Shown: positions 1 to 14,232, numbered from the whole stretch's first letter. The stretch: 63,384 nt of DNA, filler included, from Bipalium vagum (GCA_037834085.1; 3 parts of 3 records of this genome joined end to end with filler, not necessarily neighbours in it), one strand, 5' to 3'. Made by a program: numbers and translations. Notes: generated by a model not told the origin, from the sequence alone.

Positions 1-289
1 TCACGCAGCAAGATCTACATTTCTCATTTTGCATAGCCAAATAAAGGTGATCATAAACTTTTGGCGGGGACTGTATATATTGCTTTGAAAGTAGGCACAC
101 AATAAAATAATTATTAATAAAAATAATTTACTTGTTTAAACGAATTAATTCATTTTATGTAGCTGGAATATCGTTCAAAATTATTCAGTAAAAACTTTTC
201 TTATATTAACAGTAATATTTTTCATAAACTTTTAGATAGTGAAGTATGTACCAAATAATCATCATTTGCGTAGTGATGCTATTTCATTT

Positions 290-1210
290 AAATATCAGAA
301 AATCAGACACCAAAACTAACAGAATAATTGTTAAGGCTTTTGGTAACAATGTGCATCTAGTCTGCACATTTCAGAAAGGGAAATTTTAGTTGGGAAGATA
401 AAGAACGTCCCAGGCACAAGAAACCATATGGGGATGAAAATCTGGAAGCATTTGCACTTTAAGATCCATGTCAAATTCAACATTAATTTCCAAAATCATT
501 TGGTGTTTGTCAATCATCAATTAGTCTACGTTTAAAAACCTTGGAATGTTTACAAGAAAGGAAGATGTATACCTTACGAGCTCAAATAAAGACGTAAAAC
601 TACTTGTAAAATTTTGCTTGCTCTACAAAAAATAAAAACAATTTATGCACTAAATTGTATCGAGTGATGAAAAATCTGTTTATTTTGATAAGCAAAAATG
701 CAGGAAAACAATTTGCATTAATAAGAGTCATCCAGAGCAACTCCTAAGAGAAATCTCCATGAAAAGAAGCCTATATTATGCATTTGATGGACGTGGATGG
801 TGTGATTCATCATGAACTGTTAAAACATATTTAATCAGTTTCAGGAGACTTGTACAGAGAACAAATAATGTGTTTAAGCCAGAAATTACACTAAACGATC
901 ATAATTTGACAAAAGGCAACATAAACTTATTTCGCTGTATGATAATGTTGGGCCACATGTTACTAAAAGAGTTCAGGAAATATTTTCTACTCCTTAGATG
1001 GAATGTTCTATCTTTTACTCACCTGACTATCCTTACGGACTATCATCTGTTTCGGTCCATGTCACACTCATTTTTCCAGCATCACTTTCAATCCCTTTGA
1101 AGTTATTGAAGATATTAAAAATTAGTAACTCATTGGGCAGTCAGCAAAGACGAAGATTTTTTACCTTAGATGGAAAAATTAAAAATTATGCTGAACAAGA
1201 ACAACTTTAA
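290..1210 (+). mobile_element. Degenerate mariner (DD34D) transposase relic
   Basis: Frameshifted motifs in order: GNFSWEDKERP (~378-412), SDEKSVYFD (~663), CI*W..GVIHHEL (~779), YDNVGPH (~938), YSPD..DYHLFRSM (~1015-1061). Lies in the Raf intron downstream of exon 4. Confidence 0.8.
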
Positions 1211-1405
1211 AAAATTGATATTTATCATTCAACAGAACTTGGTAGATACATATTTTAAGAAGTTTAAACTCTAAAAAACTGAAAATCATCTTTCTCAAGA
1301 TATTATTAAAGACACTCTTTTCATTAAAGAATTGTTGAAAACTTCTTAGGATATTCATTTAATCCAAGCAATAAAAATGTTACTTGTTTGAAGACTTTGT
1401 CTTAC

Positions 1406-1540
1406 CAATGCCAGCAGGTCGGAAAGCATATTCAATCAAGCTGAATGTGCCGGCTTCGGTAAAAAGTAACTGGCAATACTTTTCGGCTTTGGGACAGCAT
1501 CCATGATGATACACACGACAACAGATTTTACATATAACAC
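1406..1540 (-). CDS. raf: Raf-family kinase exon 4 (second half of the C1 domain)
   Basis: ctcag|...|gtaag splice sites, 135 nt, phase 1/1. Translates (G)VICKICCRVYHHGCCPKAEKYCQLLFTEAGTFSLIEYAFRPAGI and completes the C1 zinc finger begun in exon 3. Confidence 0.85.
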
Positions 1541-4141
1541 CTGAGATAAAAATAGATATTTGCTATTTTATAAAACATTACTGTGGTTGGATTTTATTGG
1601 TATTAATAAGATAAAAATAGATTGCGAGGATCTCATGGTTTCAAAAGAACAAACATCTCTGCTATGTTAATATTTTGTAATAATATAGGTCTTCCAAAAT
1701 TTCACAATGATATAAACTTATTTCGACCTCAATTCCTTTTCGGCTGAGTCTTAATAAAGGATTTTGGCTGTTCACATAGGTTTCCAGATGTCTTCAACAG
1801 CAATAGTCGTCTTTGTCAAGAAATATCATGGTTCACCTGACGTTTTAAGTTCTTGCAGAGTTCAAAATTCACTTATTCTAAATTAAGTTTTTCCATTGGA
1901 AACAAGAAATCTGTGATTTTTCCTAGAGAGGTCGTGATTTAAAAAGTACTTTATTAATGTATTCCTGCTATCACCTTATGTATTCCGTATAAACACGTCC
2001 ATTTTACTTTCCATATAATAAAAAACCAGAATAATTATTTTATAAAAATTAACCAGAAATTCAGTTCTACATAACATATTGAAATTTTCCCGAAATGATG
2101 GAAAATTTGACAATAATTCATTTTGATAGCCTGGTTAGGAAATTATTAAATATCGCTATAACCTCAAAATATGGTGACCTGAAAGAAGTCAACCTGTCGT
2201 TTAAATTAGTAAATAATTAATCTAAAATCACAGCTTTATTTTATGTAATGGAAAATATCAAAATATTTTCCATAATTAAATGGAAATAATATTCTCTCAA
2301 TTAGTCTATCACAGAAAATCCTGTTTTTAGACAACTACAACACTGAGAAGGATAACAATAAAAGGAGAGGTCGAAAATATTAATTAATCAATGTTATTTT
2401 AGTGAAAATCAAATTTCTGATGCAAAGTAATAAATTTCGCTTCTCTAATGATAATTCAACCAACAAATGTTAGACTTTAGCCAAATTCACCATGAAAACC
2501 CCCTTAACATTGTCTGTGGTTTATTAGTTTAACCACGAAAGCTGTTAAAATTCCTTTGAAATTCAGTTGTATTATTTCCTGTTTTATCAGAACAAACAAA
2601 ATTGCTTATAATTAAATTCTATCTCTGCAACATTTGAATGAATATTCGACAGTCCTTATAACAATCACATAATAATAACAAACAATCACATTCAGAAAAT
2701 CATAGTTTCATAATATATTGATAAGCATGAAGTTGCGGCCAATAATGTCAAATAAAAATAGAATCAATCGGGAAAATCCTACAAATTTAATTTATCCTGA
2801 TTTATAAAAAAAATTCTCCTGCTTAAATTGATACATATGTTTGAATAAATAAAATTTCTTCAGGGCTAAGTCCGACAAGTGTATTGAATGCTCAATATTT
2901 TCTTCTTTTAGCCATTTGAAGTGATCTATCAGTTTTACCGCTACACATGGTTGGAGCCGTTTTAAGAAAAGTAGATTAATGTCGATTACAGAGCTTTAAA
3001 TGTTTTATCTTCATCACTGTGGACATTGGAGTTATGATTTTAATTTTATATATTACATTAATTAAATTAAATTATGCATCCAATATTGTCTATTAAATAT
3101 AGAAAAAACGTGTTCTTAATGAGTCTCTATTAAATCATTCTCATTTCACTTCTTTCTTGAAACGTAATCAATTATTATTACTTTTTTTATTTTTATGATA
3201 TTTTCTTTCATTTTTATTGTAAAGATTTAATTTTAATTAAAATAAATTTTAAAATAATTAATAAAACATAATAAAAAATTAAATAAATTTAAAAAAATAA
3301 TTTAATAACGATTTATAAAATAATTATAATTAATTGGTTCAAATATCAAAAAGGGAGTGCTTTTTACTAATCAATTATTTTCGAAAAATAAATATTTTGT
3401 TCAACTTAATGATTTCTAACGATTCAGACAATGTTGCAGTAATTATTATCTTTATTTAATTTTGATTCCTCAAGATATTGTTTAAAAAATTACTTTGTTC
3501 AATATATATTTTTATAAATATTTTCTTAATTTTCAGTCATATTTAATAATCATAATTTTCTACTTTCATTTGTTTTTTAATAAATTTAAATGAGTCTAAC
3601 CTCACATTAAGGCAAGATTTCATTTGGTAAAAATCGCAGCCTTAATTGGAGGATAACGAACGATAGAAGAAGTTCGTTACATAATCAAATAAAAAGTATA
3701 CATGTAAATTAATTACATAAGTAATACAGACAGTAAACATTTAGTGTTTTACAAGATATTCATCAAAATTTGTTTATCGAAATTTTCCGTAATCATTAAT
3801 TAACGTATCAGATAATACATTGATCACTTTAATGTGCTCTTCATGTAAATTTTTATTTTGATAAAAGTAATCACATTTTTTGGAAAGCTGTTTAGCCATT
3901 GATAACTTAACTACTTCATTAGATAAATCTCCTAATTTAATTAGATTGTTTTTAGATTCACTTATTTTATTAATCAATTTATCTTCATTTAGTAATCAAT
4001 GTACGTCTTTATAAATTTCAAGCTGTAAATATTCATTGGTAGGCATTGAGTTAAAATTTCAACATGATTGTACCTCTTCTGAAAGATAATTATTAGGTGA
4101 AACAGAAAGTTCATTCTGTTGTGTTTAATATATATAATATA

Positions 4142-4260
4142 TATTAGGTGTAAAACTATGACTCCGGCTTTTTTTTAAAATGATAATAAAAATTTTGTTT
4201 GCTTTGGTTATGCCAAGTGAACCCGGTCCATCAACACCGAAGATCTATTTTCATCGACTA
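4142..4260 (+). mobile_element. Internally deleted mariner: left TIR joined to a mid-transposase fragment
   Basis: TA+TTAGGTGTAAAACTATGACTCCGG...aaaatgataataaaaattttgtttgc is near-identical to 46554-46612, then jumps to gttatgccaagtgaacccggtccatcaacaccgaa, which matches 47215-47248. Confidence 0.75.
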
Positions 4261-4897
4261 TTGTCCGTTTTGTAAAATGTACTTTTCTCGTTCCGTTTAA
4301 ATAGAAAATTACGAATAGAAAGGGGGATTATAAATATTTTTTTGTATAATATTTTATAATATAACGAGATTCGTATTTCAATTTCCCAAAATTAGAAATC
4401 TTTATGACTGAGTTATTTCTAACATATCTGATAATTCTGGTGTTGTTCTGCATTTTCCTTTTTGAATTACGCACAAGGTTGTAATATGTCCAATACGAAG
4501 AATCAATAGTCTCATGCGACCTGAGTCTTGAACAGAAAAATCACTTGATTTAAATTTGAAAAATCAATTGACAAGTGCAATCGATTTTTCATTTTCATAA
4601 GCTGTGTGTATTTCTTTCGTGTTTGATAGATTTTTTTCCTTAGTGATATAAAAATATAAATATATATGCACTCAATCTGAATTTTAGCTTTTTATTTTTA
4701 AATTTGATACATTTACTATTTAAACAAATCTATTTAATGAAAAATATATTGTTAATAATCTCTTCAAAAAAATTAACTAAATTTTTGTGAAAAAAACTTA
4801 AGACTTTTTTTCTACTAGAAATTTATATTATCTAAAACAAAAAATATATTTGTGTATATAAAATAATAAAAACAAATTTGGATATTATTTGTCTTAC

Positions 4898-5073
4898 CAT
4901 TAAATATATATTTGTGACAAGCATCACAGAATTGTTTTTCTAAAAATGTTTTTCTCTGATATTGATGAGCAAGTCTCCTTGGAGATTTTATAAGCTTCTC
5001 TGAAAATTCAACTAATAAATCTTCATTTGTCAAAGCTAATTGAGTTGCATCACTGTCCCATGAAAGTTGTCTT
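4898..5073 (-). CDS. raf: Raf-family kinase exon 3 (end of RBD, start of C1)
   Basis: tttag|...|gtaag. RQLSWDSDATQLALTNEDLLVEF...HQYQRKTFLEKQFCDACHKYIFN resembles the Raf motifs WDTD..L.GEEL.VE and HNF.RKTF...FCD.C.K..F.G. Confidence 0.9.
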
Positions 5074-5126
5074 CTAAATAAATACTATACTATCAACCTT
5101 AGAAGGTCTTATAATTAAATATTTAC

Positions 5127-5230
5127 TTTGATATAGATGTTTCTACTGTCAACGATTGCCATCGTAATCCCCGATTTAGCAGTTTTTTCTCTAATGTTTG
5201 AAGTAGTGAACTCCCTGGTCTTACTTCAAC
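5127..5230 (-). CDS. raf: Raf-family kinase exon 2 (RBD core)
   Basis: ttaag|GTT...|gtaaat. VEVRPGSSLLQTLEKKLLNRGLRWQSLTVETSIS keeps the RGL arginine (c-Raf R89 equivalent). Phases fit exons 1 and 3; the intron to exon 3 is 53 bp. Confidence 0.88.
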
Positions 5231-5495
5231 CTTAATTTTTAAAAATTTCAAAACCTTCTGCTAACTAAAGAATAATAATATATTTATAAAAAATGATATA
5301 AGCAAGGTACCTTGTCTCAGTATTGAAAAACGTTTGAATAAAAAGATATTTATATCAGGGTGTTCGGGTTAGATTTTACAGTTTCAAGAAAAAGAAAAAA
5401 TTCTTGGCAAACACAAAATTTTATATATTTCAAGGGAAATACAATACCCAAGTAAAATACACTGTTGTCAAACAGTTTTATTTTAAATAAATTTA

Positions 5496-5705
5496 TATTA
5501 GGTGTACAACTATGACTCCGGCTTTTTTAATAAGAAAACAAAAAGAAAAGAAAAAGAAAAGAAAAACAAAGAAAAGAAGAAAAACAAATTTTACAAATTT
5601 TATTATTATTACAAAATTTTATTATTACAAATTTTATTTAAAAACATTTATTGAAAATATGTTCCATTGGAAGCTACAACCTTTGGCCACCTTTCAGATA
5701 ACGAA
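5496..5705 (-). mobile_element. 3' end and TIR of a mariner copy
   Basis: TIR TTAGGTGTACAACTATGACTCCGG at 5498; the minus strand encodes ERWPKVVASNGTYFQ*, a typical mariner C-terminus. Confidence 0.7.
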
Positions 5706-5719
5706 TTAATTCCTTGATA

Positions 5720-7020
5720 GGTGACTCGAATCATCAAGATACAAGTTAATCTCTTCCATGATTCAGGTTGGTTTCAGTGATTCATTGACTTTGATTTTGC
5801 ATCGACCGCGCCCTGAAAGTTCTTCTGCTATAGATTATGATATTTTACGCAACATATTGATTAAATACTCTTTCTTAACAAGTGCAGATGTTGCGGCACG
5901 ACTAACTTCTGTAAAGGAAACAGTTTCAGATCATATTCAACCACTGTGATTTTTATATAAGTATTCAAGATGGATATCCCATAATTTGAATTCATTCACC
6001 TTTTCGTCTCAAAAAATAATCTTTTTTCGTTTGCTGGCTAAAAAGACGAAATATTCACATGTTAATAAGAATGGATTCTGAAGTTCTCATGTTTCGAAAC
6101 CACCATAAACTTAAGATTATATTTCGTATTTTTTGTTTCTATGTTTATTATATATAATATCACGATTCCGTGGTTAAAGCTGGTAAAATTATCGCTCAAT
6201 GTGTGTTTATCGTTACGATATGATTAAGAGATTTCAATGTAAAGTTAATGGTGTTTTGAAAAAAAATATATTTTACCGGTTCACAATACATAGCATTTGG
6301 CCAACTTTTACTCTCGCGTTATACTCGCGTTTTGCATTTTTTAATACTTTTTCACCCAATTTTGTATGTCTCGCGTTATAGTCGGGTGGCGTTATAATTG
6401 CGTATTTACGGTAACCTGATTACAGGTGATGAAAAATTGATAAAATTCGAAAATGCATTGAAAAACCGTGCTGTCCACATCATCCATTTATTCTAACATC
6501 TAAATCTTTTTTAATACTCATAAAGAGAATGATAAGCATATGGTGGGTTATACGAGGACCTATTTATTATGAAATAATTTTTAAATACTATCAGATATTG
6601 GAAAACTTAACGAAAAACGCCCTCGTCTGGTCAAAACGTCTCAAGTTATTTTACTGCACGATAATGTCAGGCTCATGTTTCTGTGAAGACCCAGAGAAAA
6701 AAAGTAAAACCTGATTGGAAAAGCTTAATTCATTTACCATATTCCTCAGATATGTCGCCTTCCTATTATCATTTATTTGTCTCATTTAAATTTTATTAAG
6801 GACAAATATTTTAAAAATGAGGAAGATGTAAAAATGGAATTGGAGAAGTTTCTTGGAGAAGATCATTTGGGATAAAATACAAAAACTCTCTTCAAGGTCT
6901 CAAAGAGTTATAAATAAAACTGGAAATTATATCATCCAATAAATATAAAAAAAACTATTTTTCAGAATTTTGATTTCTCATTAACTTAAAAATCGGAAAA
7001 AATTTCCGGTGGACCTGATA
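5720..7020 (+). mobile_element. Degenerate mariner element with an internal insertion
   Basis: HTH-like PRPESSSAIDYDILR, NLITGDEKLI (~6414), MISIWWVIRGPIYYE, LHDNVR, HLPYSSDMSPSYYHLF, and a TIR-like end ...ttccggtggacctgata at ~7020. Confidence 0.8.
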
Positions 7021-9089
7021 TGTATTAATTAAATATAATCAAGTGAGTTTATTTGAATGAAATAATGGTTAATGGCTCTAAATTTAACTGTCATTACATA
7101 AATAATAATATAAAGAAGATTAACCGTAATCTAAAACATGTATTAGTGAATATCCTCAAATGAGAATAAAGATTAATAATTATAATTGATATCTAAAAAC
7201 AACTGTAAAAAAATCAGGTCGCCTTTTATTTTAACGCACGTAGAAAAGAACATAAAAAACATTGTCTAATAACTAATATACATCGTACTAATTTACAAAA
7301 AATATCGAGATTTAATTTGATTTGTAAAATCATTTTTTATCGTTAATTTACTGTTGATATATTTAAACAAACAGGGTTGCTCTTAAAAAAATATATGAAT
7401 TATTCTTTGATAAGAAATTACTACTTAAAGTTGACACCTGTTCAATCTTAAGATTATTATAAAATAAATTTTAATGATGAAAATTTTTTTTAAAGTTTCC
7501 TTTTGATATATTTTTAAAGTTATTTAAATATAGTTTTTAATATATTTCTTATCTTATGATGAACCTAGATAACACCTCAATATTAAAAAAATAAATATTA
7601 TTTATATTAAATATAATTCATTTCTCTTTTAAAAAATATTAATATTTACTTTCCTTAAAATATATAATTATATTAATAAAAAAATGGTTAGAAAATAGAT
7701 TTATTAAAACTACTCTAATATAATTATATTGTTAAAATTTAATTGGTTTTTAAAAACCTAATTTAATTAATAGATTTTACAGTTTCAATTAATAATTCTA
7801 GAAATACTAAATTTTTATTTATTTATTACCCATATATCCAACTGAAAAAATTAGGTAAAAATACATTTTTGTTACGAGAAAATTCAATAATAAATAATTA
7901 ACTAATAAATGTTATCAAATTTATTCTTCTTGACTTTTTATTTTTATATTTTTAATAATTTATTTAATTAGAAATAAGTAAAAATATTTAATGAAAATTA
8001 TTTATTATTATAAATATCAAATGGAAATATAAAAAGTATAACATTTTGTTGGAATACCTATGGAATTATGTTTTTAATTATTTGGATTATTGTGCCCTTT
8101 TTAAAATTCTGGTTCATTTAACAAATTTTTATTATTAAATATTTAATTTCCAATTTTATATTCGAAAATCTTAAACATTTCTAGCTTTTTAAAAACTTTT
8201 TTATTAAAGTATTTTTTAATATTATCACGAGTCAAAAATTCATATGAACATCCTTCTTCATTTTTAAACATTTCTTAGTCGAGAGATGCTTTAGCGATTG
8301 TCTTATTTTTGCGATTTTATATAGTAATCAATAAATAATAATTATTATTATAATCAGAAAATTTATATCCTTTTAAAATAATGTATGAAAAATGTGTTTG
8401 ATATTGATTAAAAATAAGTATATCAATAAAAGATGCATTTGATTAAATTATCTTAACATTGAGACTTCAGTGAGTTTCCATCTGTAGACTCATATAATTA
8501 TATTATCATTCGGGTGTTATATTAAAAAAACAAATGTAAATTTGTTGTAAAAACAATTCCAAATGTACAAAAAATTCCAATTAGATATATGAAAGTAAAA
8601 AGTATCTGAGAGGCAATTCTATTTCCATCACGTTTTCACGGTCGAATAAATCTTTCTGCTAAATTTACTTCGACTAATTTATTTTAGAATTATCAAATCT
8701 TTTTTGAATATCATTTTACTTCTAAAAACTCACGAAGGCCTGTAAATATGTTGGAAATTTTATATTGATTTTCAATAACAACGATTAAAGATTTTGAAGA
8801 TTTTACTCTCATTTCTTTAATGGAAATAAAATACAAACAACCATTCAATCCACGACCTCAGAAATACAGAATGGTTAATACATTCCTATTTTTCTAAAGA
8901 TGGTTATGATTATATATTACAGGATTTGACAGATCATTTTTAAATTTGGACAAATAATTTTTAAAATAAGACATTAATTTTAAAATTTTTATTTTAATAA
9001 ATAAATAATAAAAATAAATAAATATTACTGGATTTGTTCATTGCAATGAGGAACAAATAATAATATTTGATTCAATCAATGATTGACAA

Positions 9090-9960
9090 GATATTGAGTG
9101 CTGATCATTAAGTTATACCATATTTCCTCCAAATTACAGAATAATTTGTCACTGTCAATTGGGAACTCATAATCTTGTTTCAGAACGCAGTCCATATGAC
9201 TTCATACATTTTTTATTGGGTTAATATCCGGACTAATTCTAAGCCATGGAAAGACATTAGATCATGAACCTTGAAAAAATTATTTGTTGATTTCGTGGCA
9301 TGTGCAGGAGTATTGACCTGTTGAAATTGACCTTCATTTGTTAGAGTTGGTGTATACATTACAGAATGCCAGTTTTAAGAAGTTGTTAGTACTTTCCTGA
9401 ATTCAACGTTTCACCTTTAACCCGATACAGTGGTGTATAATCATTCACAGAGAAAACACCATAAATCAAACAATTGTCTCTGCTTCAATTCAAATCACTA
9501 AGTACTTATTTTTCATTATACCGTCGGCACACATACTGAATAGCAACAGTGCCTAATGAAAACCTGCTATCATCACTGAAGGCAATGTGAAACTAATCAC
9601 CTAATACCCAGTGTAATTGATTGTGTGTCCATTCACTTCTTCGATCTTTCAATCTTTAATTCAGTTTCAGTTCTCATGCAGGTGTATCTGTATATAGCCC
9701 ATTTTCACAAAGTCGTCTACTCACAATTCGTGCAGAAAAATTAGTGATAATTTCATTTTTGTGTTTCGACAGCACCGCTAACCCGGTTAGCTTCACAATT
9801 TCGTACGATATGACGTACATCTAACTCAGTTATGATTTTACTGCTTCTGAATTGTGATCTTTAACACTTTTCCGGGGCATAACATTTTTGCAGTTGATGA
9901 CAACATTTAGTAACTGTATTTCTAGACGTCTTTAAATAAACAGCAATTTCCGGGTAGCTC
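9090..9960 (-). mobile_element. Degenerate Tc1-like transposase
   Basis: Minus-strand motifs IAFSDDSRF (~9560-9588), FQQVNTPAH (~9300-9326) and VFPWLRISPDINPIK (~9213-9257) match the Tc1 FSDES / QDNAP.H / WP..SPDLNPIE triad. Confidence 0.75.
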
Positions 9961-12329
9961 CACTGAGCATCAAATTTCAATGAATAAATTCTTCCACACA
10001 TAAAATCTTAAAAATATTTACCTCTTTTCATGTTTCTGTTAGCATCCATTTTAAATAAATATTTTGTTAAAACAAAATTAGAAAATATCGATATTTATAT
10101 TTATATTATTCTACTAGTAGCCATTTCTTTTCAGTTAAATAGTCGAAATGAAAAAATAATAATAAATTTTAACAAGTGCATTAGTTATAAGAAAACTACA
10201 CATTTTAAAGGTGTGTTATTTAAATTTTAATAATAATATAATTAAAATTAATAATAATATTAAAATACTATTATTAAAAATAATATTATAATTAAAAATA
10301 ATAATATTAAAATTAATATTAAATAATTTTAATATTATTAAAAATTCGCTCAGTTTCATAATATGTTGTATTATATTTAATAAAAAATCAATTAATAAAA
10401 TTTTTTATAATAAACTAAAATATATAAAAAATTATATTTGACATTTTGTTGGATAAACAATGGAAAAATTTTACCATTGAAAAAATTTAATTAATTAATG
10501 AGATTTTCCAGGAATAATTAACTGATTCTCTTGATTTGCCTATGAATTATCAATGACTTTATACGATAAATGAGAATTTCCTTTCGAAATTACAAACCAT
10601 AAAATAATACCAGATAAACAAAAATTTTACATTGGAGAAAAAAATTGGATTTTATAAAGATTAAAATAAAAAAAACGATTTAATTTCATAAAATACAGTC
10701 TCATTTAAGTAAATTAAAAATAATTTTTCTTGAAAAAAATATAGATAAATAAATAAATAAAATATTTATCAAAATATTATCGAAAAAAAACCAAAAAAGA
10801 CTTGAAACGAATTAAAAAACAATCTTTTTTGAAAATTCGAAATAATTTATTTATTAAAAATATAAAATCAATATAAAACTGAAACTGGTATTGGATAAAT
10901 ATAATAAAATTATCGGTTATTTGTCAGATATTTGAGCATTATTTTTAATAAAAAGGAATTAATTTTCTCCAATAAGAAATGTGATTCTGTTTTTAAGAGG
11001 AAATTGCATTCAACGTTAATTCTATCTGGACAGAGGAGAAACGAATGACCACAGAATTAATTTTTTCAAACCATAAATGTTGATATTTGCCACAGAAATT
11101 TTAATGGTTGAAGTAAGAGAACGAAACTTTAGTTACTCTTCAAATATCTGTCAAAGGAGAGCTGACAGTTTTCATTTTATGCCGTAACAAAAACAAGTTT
11201 CATTCAAAAATCAATACTATTCAAACAACGACATTGTTTACCAATCTTTCTATAAGCTGTTTCTCTGCAGTCTCTGAGAATTACCATATTTCTGTTACCA
11301 TAATAATTTGAGACAATGGCAGAGACAAATATATCATGATCTACGAAAAGAGAAACTTAAGAATACCTTTCACCAGAGGTCGTCTCGCTTAGGGTTAGAT
11401 TGCGGACTGATCTCTTGCAGATAATATCAAGCAAATCGTGCGAAGCTTTATAATTGTAATTAATTTTAATATTTTTCTTTTCCTTTTTCAAGTTTATAAA
11501 TTGATTATTCAGTGAATAAAACGATAATGAGGCAATTATGTGAAACTGAATTTTTAAAGAAATTAATTAATACTAATTATATTCAAGAATAATTTCATAA
11601 AATATTTTTTTAAAAAATTATACCATTTTATTATTATTATTTATTATTATTACTATTATTTTTTTTAATATTTTTATATTTATATTATTATTATTAATGA
11701 ATTTAAACATTAAAAATTATTATAAATTTAAATAATTTCCAGAATATTCACAAATAAAAAAATATATTTTACAAAGGTAGAATTACCAAGTGAATTTAGC
11801 TCAAAATTGGTAAAATAATTAATCGATGAAAAATTAAATGTTTTCGTCTTTTAAGTCAGTCATTGACTATTATCATTATTATAATATTATCACCCCATCG
11901 TCATAAATCCTCTTAGAAATATTTAATCTAAAAATGAACGGAGAGCAAAATGGCCAAACCCTATGTCAATTATTACATGCCCACAACAACAAAACTAATA
12001 AATTAATAATAATCAAATAATCAGATATAAAATATTGATAATCCTGTGAATAAAATTTCCATTTATTATTTTATCAACATGAAAAATCTTCAAATGAATA
12101 AACACATAATATATTATTGGAGAAAAAATAAAATATCCTTAATAATATAGTGGTTGTGCTAAGAAGTACTTAAACTCTACCAGAGATGTTGAAGATACCT
12201 GAATAAAATTTTGGTCGTAAATAATAATTATTAATAAGTATGAAACATACGATTGGTTTAAATATTTTCATTTTTATTTGCACTGGATTAGATAAATTCA
12301 AAAAATGTTTGGAAATGTTGAATTTGGAA

Positions 12330-13200
12330 ATGTGATTCGTTTTTGCCTTATCAAGAGATGTGAAAAGAAGGAACTTATTAATCAGCTTCAAGAGATATAC
12401 ATTGCAGAACACCCATCTGAACCGAATTCGAGAAATTTCATCTTGTCAAATAAGTGTATTTAATGTTATCAAGAGTGGAAGACCTGTCGAAATGAATGAA
12501 GAATCAAGAATCAATGAATGTAAAGATATTGTCACAAATTAAGAAAAGAAAATTACTCAAACGCAGCTATATGAGAAGCTAAATTTGTGCAAAAGAACTG
12601 CCCAGTAGCTTATATGATGACTACACGAAAAATGGCCTCTGGAAGGATCTTCGTCTTCTGGAGGAAGCCTGACCAAAATTTTATCAAATATAACGTATGC
12701 ATCTTTATAAAGGCAGATATAATCTCCCTTAAGGATCCAAAACAGCGTCAAGAATTCAAAAATATAATTGTGGAAAGAATTGCTAAGTCCTACAGGGAAC
12801 TTGGCAAGACATTTTACTGCACTGCACAAGCTATCAAGAAATACTTAGGAGGAATGCAGATCCGAAAACAGTCACGAAAGACCAAGTCAAAGGTAAGCGT
12901 ACAGCAAGAATAGATTAAAAAACAAGAGCTGAAGAAGTAAGTGCAAATATTTTTGCGGCAAAAAAATAATTTAACTATCATCATGGATGATGAGAGCAGT
13001 AATCTCATATTTGAAACCTGATGCATCCGACACTAGCCAGACAGTCAGGAACTTATTGTTCTCCATTTGTCACACATCCAAGAAAACACGATACATTAAC
13101 AAAAGCCGGGTTTGTGGAGCTATATCATCCTCTATACAATCAAGATCTCTCACCAAGTGATTTTTAGTTATTCAATCATCTGAAAAAACATGCAAGAACA
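12330..13200 (+). mobile_element. Heavily decayed Tc1/mariner-superfamily transposase fragment
   Basis: KSGRP motif (~12471) and IIMDDES (~12977); many stops and frameshifts; no TIR identified. Confidence 0.35.
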
Positions 13201-13564
13201 TAAATTTGTTTCAAAGTAAAATATAAAGGATAACGTAACGAAATTTCTCATGGAAAAAAAATCAAAACGTCTTTGAAATAGGTATCAATAGTGGTCGACC
13301 GGTGGAAAAAGTGAGTCCAACGATTCAACAAACAGAAATTAGAAATACTTCTTCTTGTAACAATAAAATTCAAAACCAAAAGCTCAAGCTGTTACTGTGG
13401 AAAAAAATAAAATCAGCCAGTTCGGTATCCAGTCAAAAGATTCACAAAATATTTAAAATAAATCGATAAGGTTAAAAGTCCAATGATGGTTTCCAAGCAA
13501 TTTCCAACAAAATTATCAATATGGAATTCAGTTATTCTTAATTATTAATAACAAATTCAGTTTT

Positions 13565-13573
13565 TATATTATA

Positions 13574-13612
<39 letters not shown>

Positions 13613-13640
13613 GTTATTGTTATATTATTTATTATTATTT
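13565..13640. repeat. (TAT)n microsatellite
   Basis: Run of tat/att trinucleotides visible directly. Confidence 0.9.
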
Positions 13641-14080
13641 TTCCGTCAATCTCGACATATTTAATGAAATTATTTTTTATTATTATTAATATTAAAATTA
13701 ATTCAAAATAATAAAGTAAATTATTAAAAGTTTGGAATATTTTTAAAATGAGTTTCCAAGAGAACTTTTAAAGTTTAACGGTATAATTTAAATGTATTAA
13801 AATATATATATTATTTATTAATATTAATATATAAATAATAAATAAATAAATATTAAATATATTAATAAAAAATGGCAACAAACGTTATAATTTTAATTTA
13901 AAAAACAAAAAAACCATTTTTCTTGAATAGATTTTATTATCAACTTTTCTTAATGATTTTTTCGAACAACAATGAAAAACAAAGTGATAACATAGATAAC
14001 AAGTGACAACTTACACCTATTTTTGTACTTTATAAAATTATTCTATTTCTTAATTTAGTATTAATTTAAACAATATATTA

Positions 14081-14232
14081 NNNNNNNNNNNNNNNNNNNN
14101 NNNNNNNNNNNNNNNNNNNNNNNNNNNNNNNNNNNNNNNNNNNNNNNNNNNNNNNNNNNNNNNNNNNNNNNNNNNNNNNNNNNNNNNNNNNNNNNNNNNN
14201 NNNNNNNNNNNNNNNNNNNNNNNNNNNNNNNN
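14081..14232. other. Assembly gap (N run)
   Basis: N run inside Raf intron 1. Confidence 1.

Noticed and set aside
1406-1540. PHD finger (PHF24-like) reading of CKICCRVYHHGC
   Set aside because: It splices in phase to the exon at 4898-5073 to complete a Raf C1 domain, which explains it better.
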